64,000 bases of DNA, taken from assembly GCA_964057225.1 (NCBI GenBank), contig CAXKVF010000102.1, forward strand, positions 203-64,202, given 5' to 3'. The translations under genes and the position numbers were made by a program. Of the stretch, positions 24,644-39,200 are shown piece by piece. The stretch's first letter is position 1. The number at the start of each line of letters is the position of its first letter. The notes beneath the pieces were generated by a model. The model made no database searches and had not been told where the DNA came from. It worked only from the letters and a program-made list of their open reading frames with translations. This DNA is from Auanema rhodensis. Its lineage: Eukaryota > Animalia > Nematoda.

Positions 24644-27600
24644 AGATGCGGTTTTCAAAATTAGATTCCCCATGTCCATATTAGTCTAAAAACAAATTTT
24701 TATTGATATTGGTTCATGGTAACCATGACTTTGAAATTTACGTGAACTTTAATTTATGCTAATTAAATGTACACGTGATGTGCACTTGGTATGTAATTCG
24801 CTTCACGTGAAAGATAAAGAGATGCGGTTTTCAAAATTAGATTCCCCATGTCCATATTAGTCTAAAAACAAATTTTTATTGATATTGGTTCATGGTAAAC
24901 ATGACTTTGAAATTTACGTGAACTTTAATTTATGCTAATTAAATGTACACGTGATGTGCACTTGGTATGTAACTCGCTTCACGTGAAAGATAAAGAGATG
25001 CGGTTTTCAAAATTAGATTCCCCATGTCCATATTAGTCTAAAAACCAATTTTTTTTGATATTGGTGCATGGTAACCATGACTTTGAAATTTACGTGAACT
25101 TTAATTTATGCTAATTAAATGTACACGTGATGTGCACTTGGTATGTAACTCGCTTCACGTGAAAGATAAAGAGATGCGGTTTTCAAAATTAGATTCCCCA
25201 TGTCCATATTAGTCTAAAAACAAATTTTTATTGATATTGGTTCATGGTAACCATGACTTTGAAATTTACGTGAACTTTAATTTATGCTAATTAAATGTAC
25301 ACGTGATGTGCACTTGGTATGTAACTCGCTTCACGTGAAAGATAAAGAGATGCGGTTTTCAAAATTAGATTCCCCATGTCCATATTAGTCTAAAAACAAA
25401 TTTTTATTGATATTGGTTCATGGTAAACATGACTTTGAAATTTACGTGAACTTTAATTTATGCTAATTAAATGTACACGTGATGTGCACTTGGTATGTAA
25501 CTCGCTTCACGTGAAAGATAAAGAGATGCGGTTTTCAAAATTAGATTCCCCATGTCCATATTAGTCTAAAAACAAATTTTTATTGATATTGGTTCATGGT
25601 AAACATGACTTTGAAATTTACGTGAACTTTAATTTATGCTAATTAAATGTACACGTGATGTGCACTTGGTATGTAACTCGCTTCACGTGAAAGATAAAGA
25701 GATGCGGTTTTTAAAATTAGATTCTCCATGTCCATATTAGTCTAAAAACCAATTTTTATTGATATTGGTGCATGGTAACCATGACTTTGAAATTTACGTG
25801 AACTTTAATTTATGCTAATTAAATGTACATGTGATGTGCACTTGGTATGTAACTCGCTTCACGTGAAAGATAAAGAGATGCGGTTTTCAAAATTAGATTC
25901 CCCATGTCCATATTAGTCTAAAAACCAATTTTTATTGTTATTGGTGCATGGTAACCATGACTTTGAAATTTACGTGAACTTTAATTTATGCTAATTAAAT
26001 GTACACGTGATGTGCACTTGGTATGTAACTCGCTTCACGTGAAAGATAAAGAGATGCGGTTTTCAAAATTAGATTCCCCATGTCCATATTAGTCTAAAAA
26101 CCAATTTTTTTTGATATTGGTGCATGGTAACCATGACTTTGAAATTTACGTGAACTTTAATTTATGCTAATTAAATGTACACGTGATGTGCACTTGGTAT
26201 GTAACTCGCTTCACGTGAAAGATAAAGAGATGCGGTTTTCAAAATTAGATTCCCCATGTCCATATTAGTCTAAAAACAAATTTTTATTGATATTGGTTCA
26301 TGGTAACCATGACTTTGAAATTTACGTGAACTTTAATTTATGCTAATTAAATGTACACGTGATGTGCACTTGGTATGTAACTCGCTTCACGTGAAAGATA
26401 AAGAGATGCGGTTTTCAAAATTAGATTCCCCATGTCCATATTAGTCTAAAAACAAATTTTTATTGATATTGGTTCATGGTAAACATGACTTTGAAATTTA
26501 CGTGAACTTTAATTTATGCTAATTAAATGTACACGTGATGTGCACTTGGTATGTAACTCGCTTCACGTGAAAGATAAAGAGATGCGGTTTTCAAAATTAG
26601 ATTCCCCATGTCCATATTAGTCTAAAAACAAATTTTTATTGATATTGGTTCATGGTAAACATGACTTTGAAATTTACGTGAACTTTAATTTATGCTAATT
26701 AAATGTACACGTGATGTGCACTTGGTATGTAACTCGCTTCACGTGAAAGATAAAGAGATGCGGTTTTTAAAATTAGATTCTCCATGTCCATATTAGTCTA
26801 AAAACCAATTTTTATTGATATTGGTGCATGGTAACCATGACTTTGAAATTTACGTGAACTTTAATTTATGCTAATTAAATGTACATGTGATGTGCACTTG
26901 GTATGTAACTCGCTTCACGTGAAAGATAAAGAGATGCGGTTTTCAAAATTAGATTCCCCATGTCCATATTAGTCTAAAAACCAATTTTTATTGTTATTGG
27001 TGCATGGTAACCATGACTTTGAAATTTACGTGAACTTTAATTTATGCTAATTAAATGTACACGTGATGTGCACTTGGTATGTAACTCGCTTCACGTGAAA
27101 GATAAAGAGATGCGGTTTTCAAAATTAGATTCCCCATGTCCATATTAGTCTAAAAACAAATTTTTATTGATATTGGTTCATGGTAACCATGACTTTGAAA
27201 TTTACGTGAACTTTAATTTATGCTAATTAAATGTACACGTGATGTGCACTTGGTATGTAACTCGCTCTACGTGAAAGATAAAGAGATGCGGTTTTCAAAA
27301 TTAGATTCCCCATGTCCATATTAGTCTAAAAACAAATTTTTATTGATATTGGTTCATGGTAACCATGACTTTGAAATTTACGTGAACTTTAATTTATGCT
27401 AATTAAATGTACACGTGATGTGCACTTGGTATGTAACTCGCTTCACGTGAAAGATAAAGAGATGCGGTTTTCAAAATTAGATTCCCCATGTCCATATTAG
27501 TCTAAAAACAAATTTTTATTGATATTGGTTCATGGTAACCATGACTTTGAAATTTACGTGAACTTTAATTTATGCTAATTAAATGTACACGTGATGTGCA

Positions 27601-30275
27601 CTTGGTATGTAATTCGCTTCACGTGAAAGATAAAGAGATGCGGTTTTCAAAATTAGATTCCCCATGTCCATATTAGTCTAAAAACAAATTTTTATTGATA
27701 TTGGTTCATGGTAAACATGACTTTGAAATTTACGTGAACTTTAATTTATGCTAATTAAATGTACACGTGATGTGCACTTGGTATGTAACTCGCTTCACGT
27801 GAAAGATAAAGAGATGCGGTTTTCAAAATTAGATTCCCCATGTCCATATTAGTCTAAAAACCAATTTTTTTTGATATTGGTGCATGGTAACCATGACTTT
27901 GAAATTTACGTGAACTTTAATTTATGCTAATTAAATGTACACGTGATGTGCACTTGGTATGTAACTCGCTTCACGTGAAAGATAAAGAGATGCGGTTTTC
28001 AAAATTAGATTCCCCATGTCCATATTAGTCTAAAAACAAATTTTTATTGATATTGGTTCATGGTAACCATGACTTTGAAATTTACGTGAACTTTAATTTA
28101 TGCTAATTAAATGTACACGTGATGTGCACTTGGTATGTCACTCGCTTCACGTGAAAGATAAAGAGATGCGGTTTTCAAAATTAGATTCCCCATGTCCATA
28201 TTAGTCTAAAAACAAATTTTTATTGATATTGGTTCATGGTAAACATGACTTTGAAATTTACGTGAACTTTAATTTATGCTAATTAAATGTACACGTGATG
28301 TGCACTTGGTATGTAACTCGCTTCACGTGAAAGATAAAGAGATGCGGTTTTCAAAATTAGATTCCCCATGTCCATATTAGTCTAAAAACAAATTTTCATT
28401 GATATTGGTTCATGGTAAACATGACTTTGAAATTTACGTGAACTTTAATTTATGCTAATTAAATGTACACGTGATGTGCACTTGGTATGTAACTCGCTTC
28501 ACGTGAAAGATAAAGAGATGCGGTTTTTAAAATTAGATTCTCCATGTCCATATTAGTCTAAAAACCAATTTTTATTGATATTGGTGCATGGTAACCATGA
28601 CTTTGAAATTTACGTGAACTTTAATTTATGCTAATTAAATGTACATGTGATGTGCACTTGGTATGTAACTCGCTTCACGTGAAAGATAAAGAGATGCGGT
28701 TTTCAAAATTAGATTCCCCATGTCCATATTAGTCTAAAAACCAATTTTTATTGTTATTGGTGCATGGTAACCATGACTTTGAAATTTACGTGAACTTTAA
28801 TTTATGCTAATTAAATGTACACGTGATGTGCACTTGGTATGTAACTCGCTTCACGTGAAAGATAAAGAGATGCGGTTTTCAAAATTAGATTCCCCATGTC
28901 CATATTAGTCTAAAAACCAATTTTTTTTGATATTGGTGCATGGTAACCATGACTTTGAAATTTACGTGAACTTTAATTTATGCTAATTAAATGTACACGT
29001 GATGTGCACTTGGTATGTAACTCGCTTCACGTGAAAGATAAAGAGATGCGGTTTTCAAAATTAGATTCCCCATGTCCATATTAGTCTAAAAACAAATTTT
29101 TATTGATATTGGTTCATGGTAACCATGACTTTGAAATTTACGTGAACTTTAATTTATGCTAATTAAATGTACACGTGATGTGCACTTGGTATGTAACTCG
29201 CTTCACGTGAAAAATAAAGAGATGCGGTTTTCAAAATTAGATTCCCCATGTCCATATTAGTCTAAAAACAAATTTTTATTGATATTGGTTCATGGTAAAC
29301 ATGACTTTGAAATTTACGTGAACTTTAATTTATGCTAATTAAATGTACACGTGATGTGCACTTGGTATGTAACTCGCTTCACGTGAAAGATAAAGAGATG
29401 CGGTTTTCAAAATTAGATTCCCCATGTCCATATTAGTCTAAAAACAAATTTTTATTGATATTGGTTCATGGTAAACATGACTTTGAAATTTACGTGAACT
29501 TTAATTTATGCTAATTAAATGTACACGTGATGTGCACTTGGTATGTAACTCGCTTCACGTGAAAGATAAAGAGATGCGGTTTTTAAAATTAGATTCTCCA
29601 TGTCCATATTAGTCTAAAAACCAATTTTTATTGATATTGGTGCATGGTAACCATGACTTTGAAATTTACGTGAACTTTAATTTATGCTAATTAAATGTAC
29701 ATGTGATGTGCACTTGGTATGTAACTCGCTTCACGTGAAAGATAAAGAGATGCGGTTTTCAAAATTAGATTCCCCATGTCCATATTAGTCTAAAAACCAA
29801 TTTTTATTGTTATTGGTGCATGGTAACCATGACTTTGAAATTTACGTGAACTTTAATTTATGCTAATTAAATGTACACGTGATGTGCACTTGGTATGTAA
29901 CTCGCTTCACGTGAAAGATAAAGAGATGCGGTTTTCAAAATTAGATTCCCCATGTCCATATTAGTCTAAAAACAAATTTTTATTGATATTGGTTCATGGT
30001 AACCATGACTTTGAAATTTACGTGAACTTTAATTTATGCTAATTAAATGTACACGTGATGTGCACTTGGTATGTAACTCGCTCTACGTGAAAGATAAAGA
30101 GATGCGGTTTTCAAAATTAGATTCCCCATGTCCATATTAGTCTAAAAACAAATTTTTATTGATATTGGTTCATGGTAACCATGACTTTGAAATTTACGTG
30201 AACTTTAATTTATGCTAATTAAATGTACACGTGATGTGCACTTGGTATGTAACTCGCTTCACGTGAAAGATAAAG
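24644..30275 (+). repeat. Tandem 16-monomer (2816-bp) duplication, each copy containing an internal tandem 6-mer duplication
   Basis: C154T at 24797/27613 and the TC>CT doublet at 27267/30083 are each 2816 bp apart. The A59T...C13T/C26T...A63T 6-mer appears twice in each copy. Confidence 0.9.
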
Positions 30276-33200
30276 AGATGCGGTTTTCAAAATTAGATTC
30301 CCCATGTCCATATTAGTCTAAAAACAAATTTTTATTGATATTGGTTCATGGTAAACATGACTTTGAAATTTACGTGAACTTTAATTTATGCTAATTAAAT
30401 GTACACGTGATGTGCACTTGGTATGTAACTCGCTTCACGTGAAAGATAAAGAGATGCGGTTTTCAAAATTAGATTCCCCATGTCCATATTAGTCTAAAAA
30501 CAAATTTTTATTGATATTGGTTCATGGTAAACATGACTTTGAAATTTACGTGAACTTTAATTTATGCTAATTAAATGTACACGTGATGTGCACTTGGTAA
30601 GTAACTCGCTTCACGTGAAAGATAAAGAGATGCGGTTTTCAAAATTAGATTCCCCATGTCCATATTAGTCTAAAAACAAATTTTTATTGATATTGGTTCA
30701 TGGTAAACATGACTTTGAAATTTACGTGAACTTTAATTTATGCTAATTAAATGTACACGTGATGTGCACTTGGTATGTAACTCGCTTCACGTGAAAGATA
30801 AAGAGATGCGGTTTTCAAAATTAGATTCCCCATGTCCATATTAGTCTAAAAACAAATTTTTATTGATATTGGTTCATGGTAACCATGACTTTGAAATTTA
30901 CGTGAACTTTAATTTATGCTAATTAAATGTACACGTGATGTGCACTTGGTATGTAACTCGCTTCACGTGAAAGATAAAGAGATGCGGTTTTCAAAATTAG
31001 ATTCCCCATGTCCATATTAGTCTAAAAACAAATTTTTATTGATATTGGTTCATGGTAACCATGACTTTGAAATTTACGTGAACTTTAATTTATGCTAATT
31101 AAATGTACACGTGATGTGCACTTGGTATGTAACTCGCTTCACGTGAAAGATAAAGAGATGCGGTTTTCAAAATTAGATTCCCCATGTCCATATTAGTCTA
31201 AAAACAAATTTTTATTGATATTGGTTCATGGTAAACATGACTTTGAAATTTACGTGAACTTTAATTTATGCTAATTAAATGTACACGTGATGTGCACTTG
31301 GTAAGTAACTCGCTTCACGTGAAAGATAAAGAGATGCGGTTTTCAAAATTAGATTCCCCATGTCCATATTAGTCTAAAAACAAATTTTTATTGATATTGG
31401 TTCATGGTAAACATGACTTTGAAATTTACGTGAACTTTAATTTATGCTAATTAAATGTACACGTGATGTGCACTTGGTAAGTAACTCGCTTCACGTGAAA
31501 GATAAAGAGATGCGGTTTTCAAAATTAGATTCCCCATGTCCATATTAGTCTAAAAACAAATTTTTATTGATATTGGTTCATGGTAAACATGACTTTGAAA
31601 TTTACGTGAACTTTAATTTATGCTAATTAAATGTACACGTGATGTGCACTTGGTATGTAACTCGCTTCACGTGAAAGATAAAGAGATGCGGTTTTCAAAA
31701 TTAGATTCCCCATGTCCATATTAGTCTAAAAACAAATTTTTATTGATATTGGTTCATGGTAACCATGACTTTGAAATTTACGTGAACTTTAATTTATGCT
31801 AATTAAATGTACACGTGATGTGCACTTGGTATGTAACTCGCTTCACGTGAAAGATAAAGAGATGCGGTTTTCAAAATTAGATTCCCCATGTCCATATTAG
31901 TCTAAAAACAAATTTTTATTGATATTGGTTCATGGTAAACATGACTTTGAAATTTACGTGAACTTTAATTTATGCTAATTAAATGTACACGTGATGTGCA
32001 CTTGGTAAGTAACTCGCTTCACGTGAAAGATAAAGAGATGCGGTTTTCAAAATTAGATTCCCCATGTCCATATTAGTCTAAAAACAAATTTTTATTGATA
32101 TTGGTTCATGGTAAACATGACTTTGAAATTTACGTGAACTTTAATTTATGCTAATTAAATGTACACGTGATGTGCACTTGGTATGTAACTCGCTTCACGT
32201 GAAAGATAAAGAGATGCGGTTTTTAAAATTAGATTCCCCATGTCCATATTAGTCTAAAAACCAATTTTTATTGATATTGGTGCATGGTAACCATGACTTT
32301 GAAATTTACGTGAACTTTAATTTATGCTAATTAAATGTACACGTGATGTGCACTTGGTATGTAACTCGCTTCACGTGAAAGATAAAGAGATGCGGTTTTC
32401 AAAATTAGATTCCCCATGTCCATATTAGTCTAAAAACAAATTTTTATTGATATTGGTTCATGGTAACCATGACTTTGAAATTTACGTGAACTTTAATTTA
32501 TGCTAATTAAATGTACACGTGATGTGCACTTGGTATGTAACTCGCTTCACGTGAAAGATAAAGAGATGCGGTTTTCAAAATTAGATTCCCCATGTCCATA
32601 TTAGTCTGAAAACAAATTTTTATTGATATTGGTTCATGGTAAACATGACTTTGAAATTTACGTGAACTTTAATTTATGCTAATTAAATGTACACGTGATG
32701 TGCACTTGGTATGTAACTCGCTTCACGTGAAAGATAAAGAGATGCGGTTTTCAAAATTAGATTCCCCATGTCCATATTAGTCTAAAAACCAATTTTTATT
32801 GTTATTGGTGCATGGTAACCATGACTTTGAAATTTACGTGAACTTTAATTTATGCTAATTAAATGTACACGTGATGTGCACTTGGTATGTAACTCGCTTC
32901 ACGTGAAAGATAAAGAGATGCGGTTTTCAAAATTAGATTCCCCATGTCCATATTAGTCTAAAAACAAATTTTTATTGATTTTGGTTCATGGTAAACATGA
33001 CTTTGAAATTTACGTGAACTTTAATTTATGCTAATTAAATGTACACGTGATGTGCACTTGGTATGTAACTCGCTTCACGTGAAAGATAAAGAGATGCGGT
33101 TTTCAAAATTAGGTTCCCCATGTCCATATTAGTCTAAAAACCAATTTTTATTGTTATTGGTGCATGGTAACCATGACTTTGAAATTTACGTGAACTTTAA

Positions 33201-36200
33201 TTTATGCTAATTAAATGTACACGTGATGTGCACTTGGTATGTAACTCGCTTCACGTGAAAGATAAAGAGATGCGGTTTTCAAAATTAGATTCCCCATGTC
33301 CATATTAGTCTAAAAACAAATTTTTATTGATATTGGTTCATGGTAACCATGACTTTGAAATTTACGTGAACTTTAATTTATGCTAATTAAATGTACACGT
33401 GATGTGCACTTGGTATGTAACTCGCTTCACGTGAAAGATAAAGAGATGCGGTTTTCAAAATTAGATTCCCCATGTCCATATTAGTCTAAAAACAAATTTT
33501 TATTGATATTGGTTCATGGTAACCATGACTTTGAAATTTACGTGAACTTTAATTTATGCTAATTAAATGTACACGTGATGTGCACTTGGTATGTAACTCG
33601 CTTCACGTGAAAGATAAAGAGATGCGGTTTTCAAAATTAGATTCCCCATGTCCATATTAGTCTAAAAACAAATTTTTATTGATATTGGTTCATGGTAAAC
33701 ATGACTTTGAAATTTACGTGAACTTTAATTTATGCTAATTAAATGTACACGTGATGTGCACTTGGTATGTAACTCGCTTCACGTGAAAGATAAAGAGATG
33801 CGGTTTTCAAAATTAGATTCCCCATGTCCATATTAGTCTAAAAACAAATTTTTTTTGATATTGGTTCATGGTAAACATGACTTTGAAATTTACGTGAACT
33901 TTAATTTATGCTAATTAAATGTACACGTGATGTGCACTTGGTAAGTAACTCGCTTCACGTGAAAGATAAAGAGATGCGGTTTTCAAAATTAGATTCCCCA
34001 TGACCATATTAGTCTAAAAACAAATTTTTATTGATATTGGTTCATGGTAAACATGACTTTGAAATTTACGTGAACTTTAATTTATGCTAATTAAATGTAC
34101 ACGTGATGTGCACTTGGTATGTAACTCGCTTCACGTGAAAGATAAAGAGATGCGGTTTTCAAAATTAGATTCCCCATGTCCATATTAGTCTAAAAACAAA
34201 TTTTTATTGATATTGGTTCATGGTAAACATGACTTTGAAATTTACGTGAACTTTAATTTATGCTAATTAAATGTACACGTGATGTGCACTTGGTATGTAA
34301 CTCGCTTCACGTGAAAGATAAAGAGATGCGGTTTTCAAAATTAGATTCCCCATGTCCATATTAGTCTAAAAACAAATTTTTATTGATATTGGTGCATGGT
34401 AACCATGACTTTGAAATTTACGTGAACTTTAATTTATGCTAATTAAATGTACACGTGATGTGCACTTGGTATGTAACTCGCTTCACGTGAAAGATAAAGA
34501 GATGCGGTTTTCAAAATTAGATTCCCCATGTCCATATTAGTCTAAAAACAAATTTTTTTTGATATTGGTTCATGGTAAACATGACTTTGAAATTTACGTG
34601 AACTTTAATTTATGCTAATTAAATGTACACGTGATGTGCACTTGGTATGTAACTCGCTTCACGTGAAAGATAAAGAGATGCGGTTTTCAAAATTAGATTC
34701 CCCATGTCCATATTAGTCTAAAAACCAATTTTTATTGATATTGGTGCATGGTAACCATGACTTTGAAATTTACGTGAACTTTAATTTATGCTAATTAAAT
34801 GTACACGTGATGTGCACTTGGTATGTAACTCGCTTCACGTGAAAGATAAAGAGATGCGGTTTTCAAAATTAGATTCCTCATGTCCATATTAGTCTAAAAA
34901 CAAATTTTTATTGATATTGGTTCATGGTAAACATGACTTTGAAATTTACGTGAACTTTAATTTATGCTAATTAAATGTACACGTGATGTGCACTTGGTAT
35001 GTAACTCGCTTCACGTGAAAGATAAAGAGATGCGGTTTTCAAAATTAGATTTCCCATGTCCATATTAGTCTAAAAACAAATTTTTATTGATATTGGTGCA
35101 TGGTAACCATGACTTTGAAATTTACGTGAACTTTAATTTATGCTAATTAAATGTACACGTGATGTGCACTTGGTATGTAACTCGCTTCACGTGAAAGATA
35201 AAGAGATGCGGTTTTCAAAGTTAGATTTCCCATGTCCATATTAGTCTAAAAACAAATTTTTATTGATATTGGTGCATGGTAACCATGACTTTGAAATTTA
35301 CGTGAACTTTAATTTATGCTAATTAAATGTACACGTGATGTGCACTTGGTATGTAACTCGCTTCACGTAAAAGATAAAGAGATGCGGTTTTCAAAATTAG
35401 ATTCCCCATGTCCATATTAGTCTAAAAACAAATTTTTATTGATATTGGTTCATGGTAAACATGACTTTGAAATTTACGTGAACTTTAATTTATGCTAATT
35501 AAATGTACACGTGATGTGCACTTGGTATGTAACTCGCTTCACGTGAAAGATAAAGAGATGCGGTTTTCAAAATTAGATTCCCCATGTCCATATTAATCTA
35601 AAAACAAATTTTTATTGATATTGGTTCATGGTAAACATGACTTTGAAATTTACGTGAACTTTAATTTATGCTAATTAAATGTACACGTGATGTGCACTTG
35701 GTATGTAACTCGCTTCACGTGAAAGATAAAGAGATGCGGTTTTCAAAATTAGATTCCCCATGTCCATATTAGTCTAAAAACAAATTTTTATTGATATTGG
35801 TTCATGGTAAACATGACTTTGAAATTTACGTGAACTTTAATTTATGCTAATTAAATGTACACGTGATGTGCACTTGGTATGTAACTCGCTTCACGTGAAA
35901 GATAAAGAGATGCGGTTTTCAAAATTAGATTCCCCATGTCCATATTAGTCTAAAAACAAATTTTTATTGATATTGGTTCATGGTAAACATGACTTTGAAA
36001 TTTACGTGAACTTTAATTTATGCTAATTAAATGTACATGTGATGTGCACTTGGTATGTAACTCGCTTCACGTGAAAGATAAAGAGATGCGGTTTTCAAAA
36101 TTAGATTCCCCATGTCCATATTAGTCTAAAAACCAATTTTTATTGTTATTGGTGCATGGTAACCATGACTTTGAAATTTACGTGAACTTTAATTTATGCT

Positions 36201-39200
36201 AATTAAATGTACACGTGATGTGCACTTGGTATGTAACTCGCTTCACGTGAAAGATAAAGAGATGCGGTTTTCAAAATTAGATTCCCCATGTCCATATTAG
36301 TCTAAAAACAAATTTTTATTGATATTGGTTCATGGTAACCATGACTTTGAAATTTACGTGAACTTTAATTTATGCTAATTAAATGTACACGTGATGTGCA
36401 CTTGGTATGTAACTCGCTCTACGTGAAAGATAAAGAGATGCGGTTTTCAAAATTAGATTCCCCATGTCCATATTAGTCTAAAAACAAATTTTTATTGATA
36501 TTGGTTCATGGTAACCATGACTTTGAAATTTACGTGAACTTTAATTTATGCTAATTAAATGTACACGTGATGTGCACTTGGTATGTAACTCGCTTCACGT
36601 GAAAGATAAAGAGATGCGGTTTTCAAAATTAGATTCCCCATGTCCATATTAGTCTAAAAACAAATTTTTATTGATATTGGTTCATGGTAAACATGACTTT
36701 GAAATTTACGTGAACTTTAATTTATGCTAATTAAATGTACACGTGATGTGCACTTGGTATGTAACTCGCTTCACGTGAAAGATAAAGAGATGCGGTTTTC
36801 AAAATTAGATTCCCCATGTCCATATTAGTCTAAAAACAAATTTTTATTGATATTGGTTCATGGTAAACATGACTTTGAAATTTACGTGAACTTTAATTTA
36901 TGCTAATTAAATGTACACGTGATGTGCACTTGGTAAGTAACTCGCTTCACGTGAAAGATAAAGAGATGCGGTTTTCAAAATTAGATTCCTCATGTCCATA
37001 TTAGTCTAAAAACAAATTTTTATTGATATTGGTTCATGGTAAACATGACTTTGAAATTTACGTGAACTTTAATTTATGCTAATTAAATGTACACGTGATG
37101 TGCACTTGGTATGTAACTCGCTTCACGTGAAAGATAAAGAGATGCGGTTTTCAAAATTAGATTCCCCATGTCCATATTAGTCTAAAAACAAATTTTTATT
37201 GATATTGGTTCATGGTAACCATGACTTTGAAATTTACGTGAACTTTAATTTATGCTAATTAAATGTACACGTGATGTGCACTTGGTATGTAACTCGCTTC
37301 ACGTGAAAGATAAAAAGATGCGGTTTTCAAAATTAGATTCCCCATGTCCATATTAGTCTAAAAACAAATTTTTATTGATATTGGTGCATGGTAACCATGA
37401 CTTTGAAATTTACGTGAACTTTAATTTATGCTAATTAAATGTACACGTGATGTGCACTTGGTATGTAACTCGCTTCACGTGAAAGATAAAGAGATGCGGT
37501 TTTCAAAATTAGATTCCCCATGTCCATATTAGTCTAAAAACAAATTTTTATTGATATTGGTTCATGGTAAACATGACTTTGAAATTTACGTGAACTTTAA
37601 TTTATGCTAATTAAATGTACACGTGATGTGCACTTGGTATGTAACTCGCTTCACGTGAAAGATAAAGAGATGCGGTTTTCAAAATTAGATTCCCCATGTC
37701 CATATTAGTCTAAAAACAAATTTTTATTGATATTGGTTCATGGTAAACATGACTTTGAAATTTACGTGAACTTTAATTTATGCTAATTAAATGTACACGT
37801 GATGTGCACTTGGTAAGTAACTCGCTTCACGTGAAAGATAAAGAGATGCGGTTTCAAAATTAGATTCCTCATGTCCATATTAGTCTAAAAACAAATTTTT
37901 ATTGATATTGGTTCATGGTAAACATGACTTTGAAATTTACGTGAACTTTAATTTATGCTAATTAAATGTACACGTGATGTGCACTTGGTATGTAACTCGC
38001 TTCACGTGAAAGATAAAGAGATGCGGTTTTCAAAATTAGATTCCCCATGTCCATATTAGTCTAAAAACAAATTTTTATTGATATTGGTTCATGGTAACCA
38101 TGACTTTGAAATTTACGTGAACTTTAATTTATGCTAATTAAATGTACACGTGATGTGCACTTGGTATGTAACTCGCTTCACGTGAAAGATAAAGAGATGC
38201 GGTTTTCAAAATTAGATTCCCCATGTCCATATTAGTCTAAAAACAAATTTTTATTGATATTGGTTCATGGTAACCATGACTTTGAAATTTACGTGAACTT
38301 TAATTTATGCTAATTAAATGTACACGTGATGTGCACTTGGTATGTAACTCGCTTCACGTGAAAGATAAAGAGATGCGGTTTTCAAAATTAGATTCCCCAT
38401 GTCCATATTAGTCTAAAAACAAATTTTTATTGATATTGGTTCATGGTAAACATGACTTTGAAATTTACGTGAACTTTAATTTATGCTAATTAAATGTACA
38501 CGTGATGTGCACTTGGTAAGTAACTCGTTTCACGTGAAAGATAAAGAGATGCGGTTTTCAAAATTAGATTCCCCATGTCCATATTAGTCTAAAAACAAAT
38601 TTTTATTGATATTGGTTCATGGTAAACATGACTTTGAAATTTACGTGAACTTTAATTTATGCTAATTAAATGTACACGTGATGTGCACTTGGTAAGTAAC
38701 TCGCTTCACGTGAAAGATAAAGAGATGCGGTTTTCAAAATTAGATTCCCCATGTCCATATTAGTTTAAAAACAAATTTTTATTGATATTGGTTCATGGTA
38801 AACATGACTTTGAAATTTACGTGAACTTTAATTTATGCTAATTAAATGTACACGTGATGTGCACTTGGTATGTAACTCGCTTCACGTGAAAGATAAAGAG
38901 ATGCGGTTTTCAAAATTAGATTCCCCATGTCCATATTAGTCTAAAAACAAATTTTTATTGATATTGGTTCATGGTAACCATGACTTTGAAATTTACGTGA
39001 ACTTTAATTTATGCTAATTAAATGTACACGTGATGTGCACTTGGTATGTAACTCGCTTCACGTGAAAGATAAAGAGATGCGGTTTTCAAAATTAGATTCC
39101 CCATGTCCATATTAGTCTAAAAACAAATTTTTATTGATATTGGTTCATGGTAAACATGACTTTGAAATTTACGTGAACTTTAATTTATGCTAATTAAATG

